This document shows, piece by piece, positions 39,166 through 48,048 of a DNA stretch of 64,000 bases (positions within the stretch are counted from its first letter, which is position 1; every line of letters begins with the position of its first letter). This DNA is from Candidatus Hecatella orcuttiae (GTDB lineage: Archaea > Thermoproteota > Bathyarchaeia > Hecatellales > Hecatellaceae). A program made the translations under genes and the position numbers. The stretch spans positions 480,001 to 544,000 of the forward strand of contig MTLY02000003.1 of the NCBI GenBank assembly GCA_002011035.2. Reading direction: 5' to 3'. Under the pieces are notes generated by a model. That model was not told the DNA's origin and did not search any database. It worked only from the letters and a program-made list of their open reading frames with translations.

Positions 39166-40095
39166 CTAGGGAAGCTTAGACAGAGCGTAGGCGACCAGCA
39201 GAGGAAAGACGATAGTGAAATCCGCGGTTACCGTGACTAGGCTGCCCTCAGGTTTAGCCTTCCTCCATGATATGGCCTCCTCCAAGGTGGCTCCTGAAAG
39301 GCTTCCCGTTTCAGGCCTGTCCATGGTGATCTGCAAAGCCGCATCAACTCCCCCCTTTAACATGCTGGCTCCTAGGACGTAGTGCTTGGGCATGCCTCCT
39401 CCTAAGATCACGGCTCCAATTTTCTTGGAGTTGAAGACAAGCTCCGCCATCCGGTCCATGTCCTTCGCCAAATCCACCGTCAAGCCCTTAGACCGCCCGT
39501 AGGTCCAAAGATGTAAACCCAGCATGGAGTCGTAAATACCCGGGGAAAAAACCGGGACCCCGGTTTGGGAGGCAGCGGCGAGGAGTGAATCCCCGTCAAC
39601 CAACAGCCGGCCTAAGCCCTCCAAGATTTCGTAGACCCCTAACTTTCTCTCAGTCTTTTCCTGCAACAGACGGTCTAGAAGCCGGTAGGATTCCTTCTCC
39701 AAGGCTTGAAAGGCTTGCTGCTCCACGTACACGTCACCGATCCTTCCTATTCCCTCCTCCCCCAGCTTCACATCGTCGGCTGCAAGATTTCCTTTGACAT
39801 GTCTGAACCCTAAGGCCTCCACGAGGTCGTGGGTGATGTTGGCGCCGTTGCTAACCACGGCGTCCACCGCCCTCCTCTTGATGAGCTCGGCCACCACGCT
39901 TCTCAAGCCGCCGGGAACCACAGGCCCGGCGAGGCTTAGGAAAACCGTATAATCAGGGTCCTTCAGCAGGTCTGCCAGCACCTCAGCCGCCTTAGCAACT
40001 CTCCCAGCCCCCAAAACTCCGCTGGAGCGCATGGCCTCCACCAGCTGGGAGACTTGAATGTTGGCAACTATCTTCATCTGCTGAACAAAGTCCAT
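39166..40095 (-). CDS. dys: Deoxyhypusine synthase
   Basis: GANITHD, DS..G, LGGG.PKH, GSLSGA.LEEA.SWRK; adjacent to eIF5A. Confidence 0.93.
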   Translation of the reverse strand: MDFVQQMKIVANIQVSQLVEAMRSSGVLGAGRVAKAAEVLADLLKDPDYTVFLSLAGPVVPGGLRSVVAELIKRRAVDAVVSNGANITHDLVEALGFRHVKGNLAADDVKLGEEGIGRIGDVYVEQQAFQALEKESYRLLDRLLQEKTERKLGVYEILEGLGRLLVDGDSLLAAASQTGVPVFSPGIYDSMLGLHLWTYGRSKGLTVDLAKDMDRMAELVFNSKKIGAVILGGGMPKHYVLGASMLKGGVDAALQITMDRPETGSLSGATLEEAISWRKAKPEGSLVTVTADFTIVFPLLVAYALSKLP

Positions 40096-40137
40096 GGAGC
40101 GGCTGTCCTCCCAGCTTGGGTTTTCCCTCGGGGAAGC

Positions 40138-40533
40138 CTAACTTTTCACTCTGGTGATTTTAATCCTGTTCATGATCTTCCAATATTCAACTTCTGCTCC
40201 CACAGTCAGGCTGCTTCGAAGCTCCTCTTCCGCTGGTAGAGCGGTTTCGAAAACCTCGTAGGTTTCAAGGTCCATGAGCTGAAAACTTTCAGAGCCAACG
40301 GAGATAACCTGGCCGCTTCTCTTGTCGATGAGGGGCACCTCCGCCCTAGCGTCCACCGGGCTTACGATGCTTCTTTTAACGTTGTCGAAGAGTCCCACGG
40401 CCACGATTCTTGCTTTGGCTGAACCGTGTTTGCCGGGTTTTGATTTTTCGAAGCTTATAACTCTGCAGGGTTCATTGTCTATGATCATATACTGCCCAGG
40501 CTTGATAGAGCCTACATCCACAGGCTTGCTCAT
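40138..40533 (-). CDS. eif5a: Translation factor aIF5A
   Basis: SKPGKHGSAK hypusine loop. Confidence 0.97.
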   Translation of the reverse strand: MSKPVDVGSIKPGQYMIIDNEPCRVISFEKSKPGKHGSAKARIVAVGLFDNVKRSIVSPVDARAEVPLIDKRSGQVISVGSESFQLMDLETYEVFETALPAEEELRSSLTVGAEVEYWKIMNRIKITRVKS

Positions 40534-40591
40534 CGCTCATCTACCCTAGTTCATTTAAGGTTAATAGGCGGGGAGTAATTAAGCTTAAGCT

Positions 40592-41413
40592 TTAATCCAC
40601 AGAAGAAATTCTCAGCCTCCGCTTCAACCTTTCATAGAAATTCTGACTTGTCCTAAGGAAGACTATGCTCTCCTCAGCCTTCCTAACTTTAACTTCCCCA
40701 ACCCGGCCTATTTTCTTCCTTATCTGGCCGTCGATGAGGACAATGAGCTCAGCCGGAGACTCCGGCTTCACCGTAACCTCCACATCAGAAGGCACTACGT
40801 GGGGTATGAAGTTCCTTGATAAGGGGCATATGGGGGCGACGACAAAGGCATCAAGCCTAGGGTCTACCACGTTAGCTCCAGCGCTCAATGCGTAAGCGGA
40901 TGACCCCCGAGATGTCGCCACCAAGATGGCGTCCACCCTATCGTGGGCGATGAGCACTCCGTCGATGAAGACAGCTACATCCACCATCTGCTGAGAAGCC
41001 TCTGTTCCGATGTGAACCTCGTTGAGGGCGTTGGGAAGCTCGAGGTTCGTCGTCAACATAAAGCAGCTGTCTTGGATAAATCGTCCCTCCAGAATCTCTT
41101 GCAAGATGGATATGGCCTTCGAAGGACTCGCTTCCCCGAAGAACCCCACTCTCCCCATATTCACCGTAAAGAGCGGCATCCTGCAACATAACCCGTGAAC
41201 CGCCCTCAGAACAGTTCCATCCCCGCCTATGACCACCGCCATGTCGCCTTCCATCCGGCGGAGAGGGATGCCTTCGACTCCCAGCAGGGAGGCCAGCTCC
41301 GCCTCGAAGACAGGTTTTAATCCCTTTTCCCGGAGGAAATCCGCTATTCGAACAGCAAGCTCTAGGGACTCTTTTAGGTCAGGTCTCGCTATGATGGCGA
41401 TGTTTTTAAACAT
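40592..41413 (-). CDS. nadK: NAD kinase
   Basis: GGDGT, NMGRVGF, LNE, GSSAYALSAG; ATG 41413 preferred as start. Confidence 0.9.
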   Translation of the reverse strand: MFKNIAIIARPDLKESLELAVRIADFLREKGLKPVFEAELASLLGVEGIPLRRMEGDMAVVIGGDGTVLRAVHGLCCRMPLFTVNMGRVGFFGEASPSKAISILQEILEGRFIQDSCFMLTTNLELPNALNEVHIGTEASQQMVDVAVFIDGVLIAHDRVDAILVATSRGSSAYALSAGANVVDPRLDAFVVAPICPLSRNFIPHVVPSDVEVTVKPESPAELIVLIDGQIRKKIGRVGEVKVRKAEESIVFLRTSQNFYERLKRRLRISSVD

Positions 41414-41524
41414 CCACCCCACCCAGCCGATTCTCCTCAACTCCTAAAAGGGAGACTTGCCTAAAAATAATCATCTTCAAGCTTTAACTGTTTAGGAGAA
41501 CCGGGAATAAAGGAAGGGAAAAGC

Positions 41525-42070
41525 TTGAACAGGAAAGCCTCTTTCCAGAGAAAGAGCGGTCCCTTAGTTTTAGACGCTTCCGCCTTTATCATGGGTCTAT
41601 ATTCGGCCTCCTCCAACAAGGGGGCAGTTACAACTCCCGAAGTCATGAGCGAGCTGAAAAATTGGCTCCGATCGTCTTCTTCAATCCTAAGCCTTGAAAG
41701 ACTGAGGGTTTCTTCCCCTGCGAAAAAATTCCTCGACGAGGTCCGCCAAGCCTCCAAGGAGACAGGGGATTTCCTTAAACTTTCTAAGACCGATTCCAGT
41801 ATCCTTGCTCTTGCTCTCCAGTTGAAATCTCAAGGGCTCAAGCCTCTTCTCGTAAGCGAAGATTATGCTGTTCAAAACGTAGCCCACCATCTGGGTTTGG
41901 AATACGCGCCTCTTGCAGAGGGGATAAAATCTCAAATCCAGTGGCTAACCTATTGCCCCGCCTGCAAAAAAAGGTTTAAAGCCGACTTCCTAGGGAAAAC
42001 CTGTCCCATCTGCGGAGCTGAGGTCAAGCGAAAGGCTGCGAAAAAATTCCCCATCAAAAGGAAAAACTAA
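41525..42070 (+). CDS. nob1: Nob1 endonuclease (PIN plus Zn ribbon)
   Basis: VLDASAF, LSKTD, SEDYAVQN, CPAC...CPICG. Confidence 0.92.
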   Translation: MNRKASFQRKSGPLVLDASAFIMGLYSASSNKGAVTTPEVMSELKNWLRSSSSILSLERLRVSSPAKKFLDEVRQASKETGDFLKLSKTDSSILALALQLKSQGLKPLLVSEDYAVQNVAHHLGLEYAPLAEGIKSQIQWLTYCPACKKRFKADFLGKTCPICGAEVKRKAAKKFPIKRKN

Positions 42071-42212
42071 GAAGCAGGAGGAACCTATTCTTCCCGGCCT
42101 CACGACGCCTAATTCCATAGACTTCTCTGCTTCGGCATTTATTCAATCACCTTTTCTTCCAAGTTCAGTTAATCTGCTTCTATTCATCCAGTTGGATGAT
42201 ATGGCCGTTAAC

Positions 42213-42812
42213 CTACCCCGGCGGAGTGTTATAGGCGGTGAGAAACCTTAAGCGGCTCATGTTTTCCCGCAGTTGTCTCTCGCAAACTGGGCAGAAGATA
42301 GGTTTCTTTCTGTCTGTCATTTGGATGCTGTTGGAGAAAAACATCACGCACGTGGGATCGCTACAGTGGGTTAAACCTAAGGTATGCCCCAGCTCGTGGG
42401 TAGCTTCTTTTTTAACCCTAGAAAGGAATAGAGATCCGTCCTCCGCCTTCCCATAAAATTCAGGTCTAAGTCTATGGGTTGAAATGATGGCCAGCCTGCC
42501 CGGGCATTGGGCTTCTCCAAAGATAAAGTTAAGGCCGGGAACGTAGAGGTCGACGGGCACCACGGCCAATATTCGGTGAGCATTCAGATTTTCTGCCACT
42601 TTCCCAACTTGGGCTAGCAGCCGGGAAGAATGGTACTGGCCTCTCGCCCTATTGTAGCTTTTCTCCAAAAGGCTGGGGTCGCCGTGGCTGATTGAACATC
42701 GAGAACCAAAGAAAACTTGACATAGGTGTTCTTCAACCTCCTCTAAAATGCGGGAGATAGTCGCTTCAAAGAGGAGGATGTGAATATGCAGATTAACAGC
42801 CAAGATGCCCAC
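42213..42812 (-). CDS. amzA: Archaemetzincin Zn metalloprotease
   Basis: HELGHTLGLTHC....CVM.FS...D.K...FC..C. Confidence 0.93.
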   Translation of the reverse strand: MGILAVNLHIHILLFEATISRILEEVEEHLCQVFFGSRCSISHGDPSLLEKSYNRARGQYHSSRLLAQVGKVAENLNAHRILAVVPVDLYVPGLNFIFGEAQCPGRLAIISTHRLRPEFYGKAEDGSLFLSRVKKEATHELGHTLGLTHCSDPTCVMFFSNSIQMTDRKKPIFCPVCERQLRENMSRLRFLTAYNTPPG

Positions 42813-42937
42813 ACCGACGTAGCTTATAAAGGGTTTAAACTTCTTCCACTGGAAACCTTAAAACCTATTAAAGGCTGAATGTTAGATAAAGTCTCCGAAA
42901 GGAATAGGGCTGGGAGGCCTAACATCGCTTTCGCTGG

Positions 42938-43605
42938 GTGAAGTTCAGCCGCATGTCGACGCTCTGGGTTATCGGCCTTATATTAGCCTTGGTTATCGCC
43001 CTGTTTCTGGTTAATTTTTACAGGGATCCGGAAAGGATGCCTCCTGCGGACGAGGGAGTAATCGTAGCCCCTGCGGACGGGAGGATTGTCTATGTGAGAG
43101 AGATTGAACGAGGGGAAATTCTGTGGACTCAGAAAGGTGGAAGGAGGATTCCCCTGAAAGAGATATTGTGGGATGAAGACCTTCAGATGTCTTCAGGATA
43201 CATTTTAGGCATATACATGTCTCCTTTCAATGTTCATGTAAACAGAGCGCCCATCGCTGGAAGGGTTGTTAAAGTCTCCAAAAGAGAGGGAAAGCTTCTC
43301 CGCATAGGCCGAGAAGAGTTTGAGTTTCGAAATAGGAGAAACATTCTAGTTCTAGAGCATGAAACAGGCTTCAGGGTGGTAGTCGTTCAAATTGCAGCCT
43401 TCATCGTGGGGAGAATAGACTGCTATGTGGGTGAGGGCGAAACCGTTAACCTCGGCCAGAGAATAGGCAAGTTAAATTTGGCTCCCATGTAGACCTTGTC
43501 GTTCCCCAAGTCTTAAACCTGAAGCTCGCTGTCAAACCAGGGGATAAAGTAAAGGCTGGAGAGGCGATCATTGCGAGGCTCAGTTTAAAGCCGTCTAAAG
43601 GATAA
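42938..43605 (+). pseudogene. psd: Phosphatidyl-/archaetidylserine decarboxylase split by a -1 frameshift near 43471
   Basis: FYRDPER, APADG, HVNRAP in frame 0, which stops at 43492; the catalytic FGS and C-terminus (KFGSHVDLVVP...GDKVKAGEAIIA) are in the -1 frame ending at TAA 43605. Confidence 0.8.
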
Positions 43606-44251
43606 AATCTAGGATCCGCTCCAAGTCATCTGAGCGAATTACCACATCCGCTGCTTCTCCCAGCTCTCTGTCTTTGGGGTTAAAAGCTATCTTCAACCCC
43701 GCCCCCTCAAACATGCTTAGGTCATATTTTGTGTCTCCTACCACCACGAATTTTGACAGCGGCATTCCAAGCTCTAAGGCCAGCTCTCTGACTATCTTAT
43801 TTTTTCCGCCCAGCTCAACTCTGTTAAACTGGTTTCCTGTGATGCGGCCCTCGGCGTCTACTTCAAGAGTGTTGGCGTAGATGCGGTCTATCTTCAGGTC
43901 TCTGCCTACTCTGTAGGCCAGGATGTCCAGCCCGTAGGACACGAGGGCCAAGGTTAATCCCGCCTGACGGAGTTGAGTCGTGGTTTTTTTGGCGTTTTTG
44001 GTCAGGGTGTAGGTTTTGAGGGTTTCATCTATCTCCCTGATGTAGGGTAGTTTCCCGTCTTTCTCCCACAGTTTTATCTCCCTCTTTACCAGCTCTTCGA
44101 AACTCAGCCTGCCTTGAGCGTATTCTTCAATAAATTTTTGCGTCTTTTCCCAGTCTACGTGGAAGTGGCGGTGGAGGATCTCCCAGCATTGCTCCTTTAT
44201 CAGGGTTCCATCCATATCGAAAACGACGGCCTTGTATGCTTTGAAACTCAT
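43595..44251 (-). CDS. HAD-family phosphatase, SerB-like (HAD-IB)
   Basis: FDMDGTL, VS.G, K, VGD...D motifs. Confidence 0.9.
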   Translation of the reverse strand: MSFKAYKAVVFDMDGTLIKEQCWEILHRHFHVDWEKTQKFIEEYAQGRLSFEELVKREIKLWEKDGKLPYIREIDETLKTYTLTKNAKKTTTQLRQAGLTLALVSYGLDILAYRVGRDLKIDRIYANTLEVDAEGRITGNQFNRVELGGKNKIVRELALELGMPLSKFVVVGDTKYDLSMFEGAGLKIAFNPKDRELGEAADVVIRSDDLERILDFIL

Positions 44252-44330
44252 ATTGAAGATATTTTTACCTTTGAGGAGAAAATAAACTTTATATGACTAT
44301 CGGTTTCGTTTTATTTTTTTTGGTTAAGTC

Positions 44331-44365
44331 AATATCTTTAAATATTTGTAATATTTAAGAATATT
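44331..44365. promoter_or_regulatory. Imperfect palindrome with back-to-back TATA-like boxes in a divergent promoter
   Basis: AATATCTTTAAATATT-TGT-AATATTTAAGAATATT (arms match at 14 of 16 positions). Confidence 0.4.
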
Positions 44366-44408
44366 ATGTAGTTTAAAAATATATAAATAAATTTAAAGGT
44401 GAATTAAA

Positions 44409-45836
44409 ATATTTTTTAAAACAGGTCATGAAGTCTTTGACACCATATCCGCCCTCGGCAAAGGCTCCATGATCTTCGTCCTCGATGAGGGACACTACGA
44501 GTCGCTTTTTTTCCTCACCCACCTTCTCTCCAGGTTCGCGGAGACAAAACCCGTCTATCTCCTCACCCACCAGCCGGTTTTCAGCGATTTTAAAGCAATC
44601 AACATAGGCGGCGTGAAGGCGCTTTCAGAACTCAGCATTCGTATAGCGGAGATAAGAAACGAGGTCGGTGAGGGGGTGATAATTCATCACTATCTACCCT
44701 ACATCCTCATCAACTACGAGGAAACCGTGATTCTAAAGCTCTTGGAGCATCTCGCCTCCCAAGTTCAGGGAAGGCCTCTCCTAGAATTCTTAACCCTTCC
44801 CAAGGGGACTTTTCCCACCTTCGAAAAGAAGGCGCAGACACTGCTTCATGGCACAATTATCCTGAGCTATGGGCAAGTCGACGGAAGCTATACACATAAA
44901 TTTTCAATTTTGAAGGCTTGTAAACCTGAGTTCTACGCCAAGGAGTTCCCCTACGTAGTGAGAGGCAACCGTCTGCTCATCAAGTTTGAAGATGAATTCA
45001 CCGACAAGCTCCCCGCATCCTTGGAGGAAAAAACTCGAGCGAAAAGGGTCTATCTGGAAAACAACATCAAAAACCTCAAAATAATCATGCGTAAAGATGC
45101 TATAGAAAAACTGAACCCTGTGGATTATTTTCTCTTAACCCAAACTCACAACATGCGGCTTACTGACGTGAAGCTGCTCTTTTACGACAGGTTCGACGAA
45201 ATTCTGGATAAGCTATCCAGATGGGCTGTTCTAGGCGCCGTTGGCTTTGAAAGAGTTGCGGAACATAAAGAAGATGTTGAAACCATAGGCGGCATAAAAA
45301 AAATCTCTAAACTGGCCTTAAAGCTTCCCTGCTCACTTTCTTCAAGACTGTTAGGCAGGAAGCCGCGTAAAGTTCCTCTTGAAGCTCTTTTGGGGCTTAG
45401 AAAGAGTATCGAAATAGTCCTTAACAACTATTTCCCAAACAGCAGGGAGCCCGCGGAGGTCTTTCAAGCTACTGAGCGGCTGATCCACGAACTTGCAGCC
45501 AGGGTTACCACCATTGAAAGGCTTGAAAAATACGGGGAAACACCTTGGGTTAAACTTGAGTTTAACTACCTACCCAAAGTAACCGCTTTAACTCTACACA
45601 TAGGATTCGGGCTTAAAAGCAAAACCATGAAGAAAACTGATTCCAGCTTTGAAGTTATAGTTGGCGACTGCTTCGAATGCGAAGGAGCTGTTGGCGAAAA
45701 ACCTTTATGCAACATGATTACCGGGACCCTGATAGGAGCCCTCTGCCAAGTCGCCAAAGAGCCGGTATTCGTTGATGAAATAAAATGCAAGGCTTTAGGA
45801 GACCGGGAATGCGTTTTCTTGGTTAGGAAAGCTTGA
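44409..45836 (+). CDS. Inactive KaiC/RecA-fold, possible wHTH, V4R domain fusion protein
   Basis: In-frame upstream KTGHEVFD...LGKGSMIFV resembles the KaiC N-terminus; no Walker A; C-terminal CFEC...LC...G...EIKCKALGD.EC.F is V4R-type; ATA start at 44409 after AGGTGA (first ATG 44469). Confidence 0.75.
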   Translation: MFFKTGHEVFDTISALGKGSMIFVLDEGHYESLFFLTHLLSRFAETKPVYLLTHQPVFSDFKAINIGGVKALSELSIRIAEIRNEVGEGVIIHHYLPYILINYEETVILKLLEHLASQVQGRPLLEFLTLPKGTFPTFEKKAQTLLHGTIILSYGQVDGSYTHKFSILKACKPEFYAKEFPYVVRGNRLLIKFEDEFTDKLPASLEEKTRAKRVYLENNIKNLKIIMRKDAIEKLNPVDYFLLTQTHNMRLTDVKLLFYDRFDEILDKLSRWAVLGAVGFERVAEHKEDVETIGGIKKISKLALKLPCSLSSRLLGRKPRKVPLEALLGLRKSIEIVLNNYFPNSREPAEVFQATERLIHELAARVTTIERLEKYGETPWVKLEFNYLPKVTALTLHIGFGLKSKTMKKTDSSFEVIVGDCFECEGAVGEKPLCNMITGTLIGALCQVAKEPVFVDEIKCKALGDRECVFLVRKA

Positions 45837-45852
45837 TTTCCCTAGCCTGAGG

Positions 45853-47091
45853 TTAATTTATCACAAACTTACCATAGGACCAAAGATAATCGGGGATATC
45901 GGAGCGAAAATTCTCAAACTTGTCAAAAGACTGGAAAACTAAGCGTAGGCTTCGTAGATCTTTCTTTTCTTCCACTTGCTTCCTCAGAAGAAACATCCTC
46001 AGAACTCTCGCACAATAGACGAGAGCTTCCACGTCGATATCTTGATTCAGGTTTTCAGCCTCCCGCATCTGTTCAACAGCACTCAGAAAAACCAGGTTAC
46101 CTAAGTGAATGGCGTCGTCCAAAACTCCCCGTTCCTCCAAGGTCTTTATAACTTTGGCTGCTTTTCCCTGAAGCTCGGAGAGGGAAACCTTACCCGTTTC
46201 CAGCCCAAGCATCATGGCTGAATTGACGATGGAGTCCCTTAAGTCGTCTTTCAGATCGGTTACATCATCCCAGATGATCAACGCCCGGAACAGTAGGTCT
46301 ATGCCCCGGTTGATGCACTCCAGAGACTTCAGCGTAGCGCCGTCCAATCCGCCGGTTGATGCCTCATAAAAACATAGGTCCACATCCACCCAAAGGGTCC
46401 CGGAAGCTTTGGCGGTTATCTTCTTTAAATAGTCTTTAAAGTTTAACCCCGAGAGACTGTAGAGGTTGCTCTTCTGGTAGAAAGACCTGATCTGCGCGTC
46501 TATGAACTCTTTAACATCTGCAACAAAAATCTTAAAGGTCTTCAAGTCTTCAAGCGGAGATGGCAGCCTATGATAGGCCCACCTCGTTATGGCGTAAGCC
46601 GAGTTTTCAGCTCGAGCCAGCCAAAGTTTTCTTCCCTCAATGCTCTCTAAGAAGAAGATAGGCCTGGTTAAGGCTTCTTCATATTTCTGCTGAGATGCTT
46701 CAGCTTGTTCAAAATCATGGAACTGATCGTTGATGTTGTCCAACAGTTTTATCCCGGTCATCATGGCTGTTTTCGAAAAAATTGAGGAATCCACAACATC
46801 GTTCCCTGCGACTCTGTGAAGGATAGGATACGAACTTATAGCCGCCAGAAAACTGGCATAGGCGAGATACTTATCTTTCAGAAGCTTTCTATCCTTCAAA
46901 TCGTCGAAACTCAACACTAAAGGGCCGTCTAATTCCGCAGTCAATTTTGCTTCCAGTTCTTTTTTCACTCGACTGATGCTTTTGTAAACCTTAAAGAAAC
47001 CGATAGAAGGAAATTTTCGCGCCATGGAGGTGAGAATAATCAAGCCGCCGAGATGGTAGAGAGGATTTAACCCCTCTTTGAAAATTTTCAC
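45853..47091 (-). CDS. Class I isoprenoid synthase / terpene synthase-fold protein
   Basis: Predominantly helical pattern; LLDNINDQ (FARM-like), ITAKASG, IWDDVTDLKDD..D.IVNS (SARM-like); GTG start after GGGGTGA. Confidence 0.7.
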   Translation of the reverse strand: MKIFKEGLNPLYHLGGLIILTSMARKFPSIGFFKVYKSISRVKKELEAKLTAELDGPLVLSFDDLKDRKLLKDKYLAYASFLAAISSYPILHRVAGNDVVDSSIFSKTAMMTGIKLLDNINDQFHDFEQAEASQQKYEEALTRPIFFLESIEGRKLWLARAENSAYAITRWAYHRLPSPLEDLKTFKIFVADVKEFIDAQIRSFYQKSNLYSLSGLNFKDYLKKITAKASGTLWVDVDLCFYEASTGGLDGATLKSLECINRGIDLLFRALIIWDDVTDLKDDLRDSIVNSAMMLGLETGKVSLSELQGKAAKVIKTLEERGVLDDAIHLGNLVFLSAVEQMREAENLNQDIDVEALVYCARVLRMFLLRKQVEEKKDLRSLRLVFQSFDKFENFRSDIPDYLWSYGKFVIN

Positions 47092-47340
47092 TAATAAATC
47101 ACCCCATAGCAGGGGTATTCCAACTTTATTGCTGTAAATAACTTAAATTTGGGTCTTTTATTTAACTTTTGTTATTATTTTTAAATAATAAGCCGTTTTT
47201 AAATTTCTTTATTAAAAAAATATTCAAATATGGCTTTTATTTGAAAATAAATCAAATATAACTTAAATTATATTAAAAATAAAAACAGATGCCGTTATAC
47301 AAAAAACAGTCGAATGTAGGAAAAAATCCGCTGCCATTAG

Positions 47341-47856
47341 TCAGTCTTTCAAAATCCGGAACACTTGCACATCAATTTTCATTTGAATGGGTTCAAGTTT
47401 AACGTTCAAAACACTTTCTACGTAACTTTTCATCAAACTGGAAGGTAGAGCTGGAGAAACAATCTGAATGTAGTCCCTGTCCGTAGCCGAAAATTGTCCC
47501 CAGCCAAAGTTGGACATAATCTCCAAAGCGGAATCCCAGTCTTTGGTAGTGTCGGTTTGAAACTGAAACAAAGCGAAAGACTTGATGACTTCCCCCATTT
47601 CCCTACCTAGGTCCCTGTGGTCTTCCTGCTCCACCCGCTCTATCAACAGGTCTAGGGCTTTTTTTGGGAGGAAAACAATTCTAACAGGTCCTATGTCAAA
47701 AAGACCCTTTTGCCATCGGTCTAAAGTGTATTGTCTCCCGAATTTAACGCACATCTCAACGAATTCTTTTAAAGACCGAACTCGCCCCTCTCGCATCAGT
47801 CTTTCGATGTACTCTACGTCTTCCTCTTCTAATTCAACTGATGTGACCCTGCTCAT
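47341..47856 (-). CDS. RHH (CopG-like) plus V4R-like putative one-component regulator
   Basis: VTSVELEEEDVEYIERLMREGRVRSLKEFVEMCV; R.VFLP, LGREMG, NFGWGQF V4R-like pattern. Confidence 0.65.
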   Translation of the reverse strand: MSRVTSVELEEEDVEYIERLMREGRVRSLKEFVEMCVKFGRQYTLDRWQKGLFDIGPVRIVFLPKKALDLLIERVEQEDHRDLGREMGEVIKSFALFQFQTDTTKDWDSALEIMSNFGWGQFSATDRDYIQIVSPALPSSLMKSYVESVLNVKLEPIQMKIDVQVFRILKD

Positions 47857-48048
47857 GAATAAATGCTCCTATTCAAAGTTAATATATAATAATATTTTTA
47901 TTTAATTAATGTATTGTTGCGCATCTTTTATATAAATTTATAATTAAAAAATTATGTTAAACTTAAGGAGCCTATCTCCCTTTTCCCGGAAACACTCCCT
48001 TCCCCCAAAAAATAACGGGACTGCCCGATGCTCGCTGTCTCCTCCACA

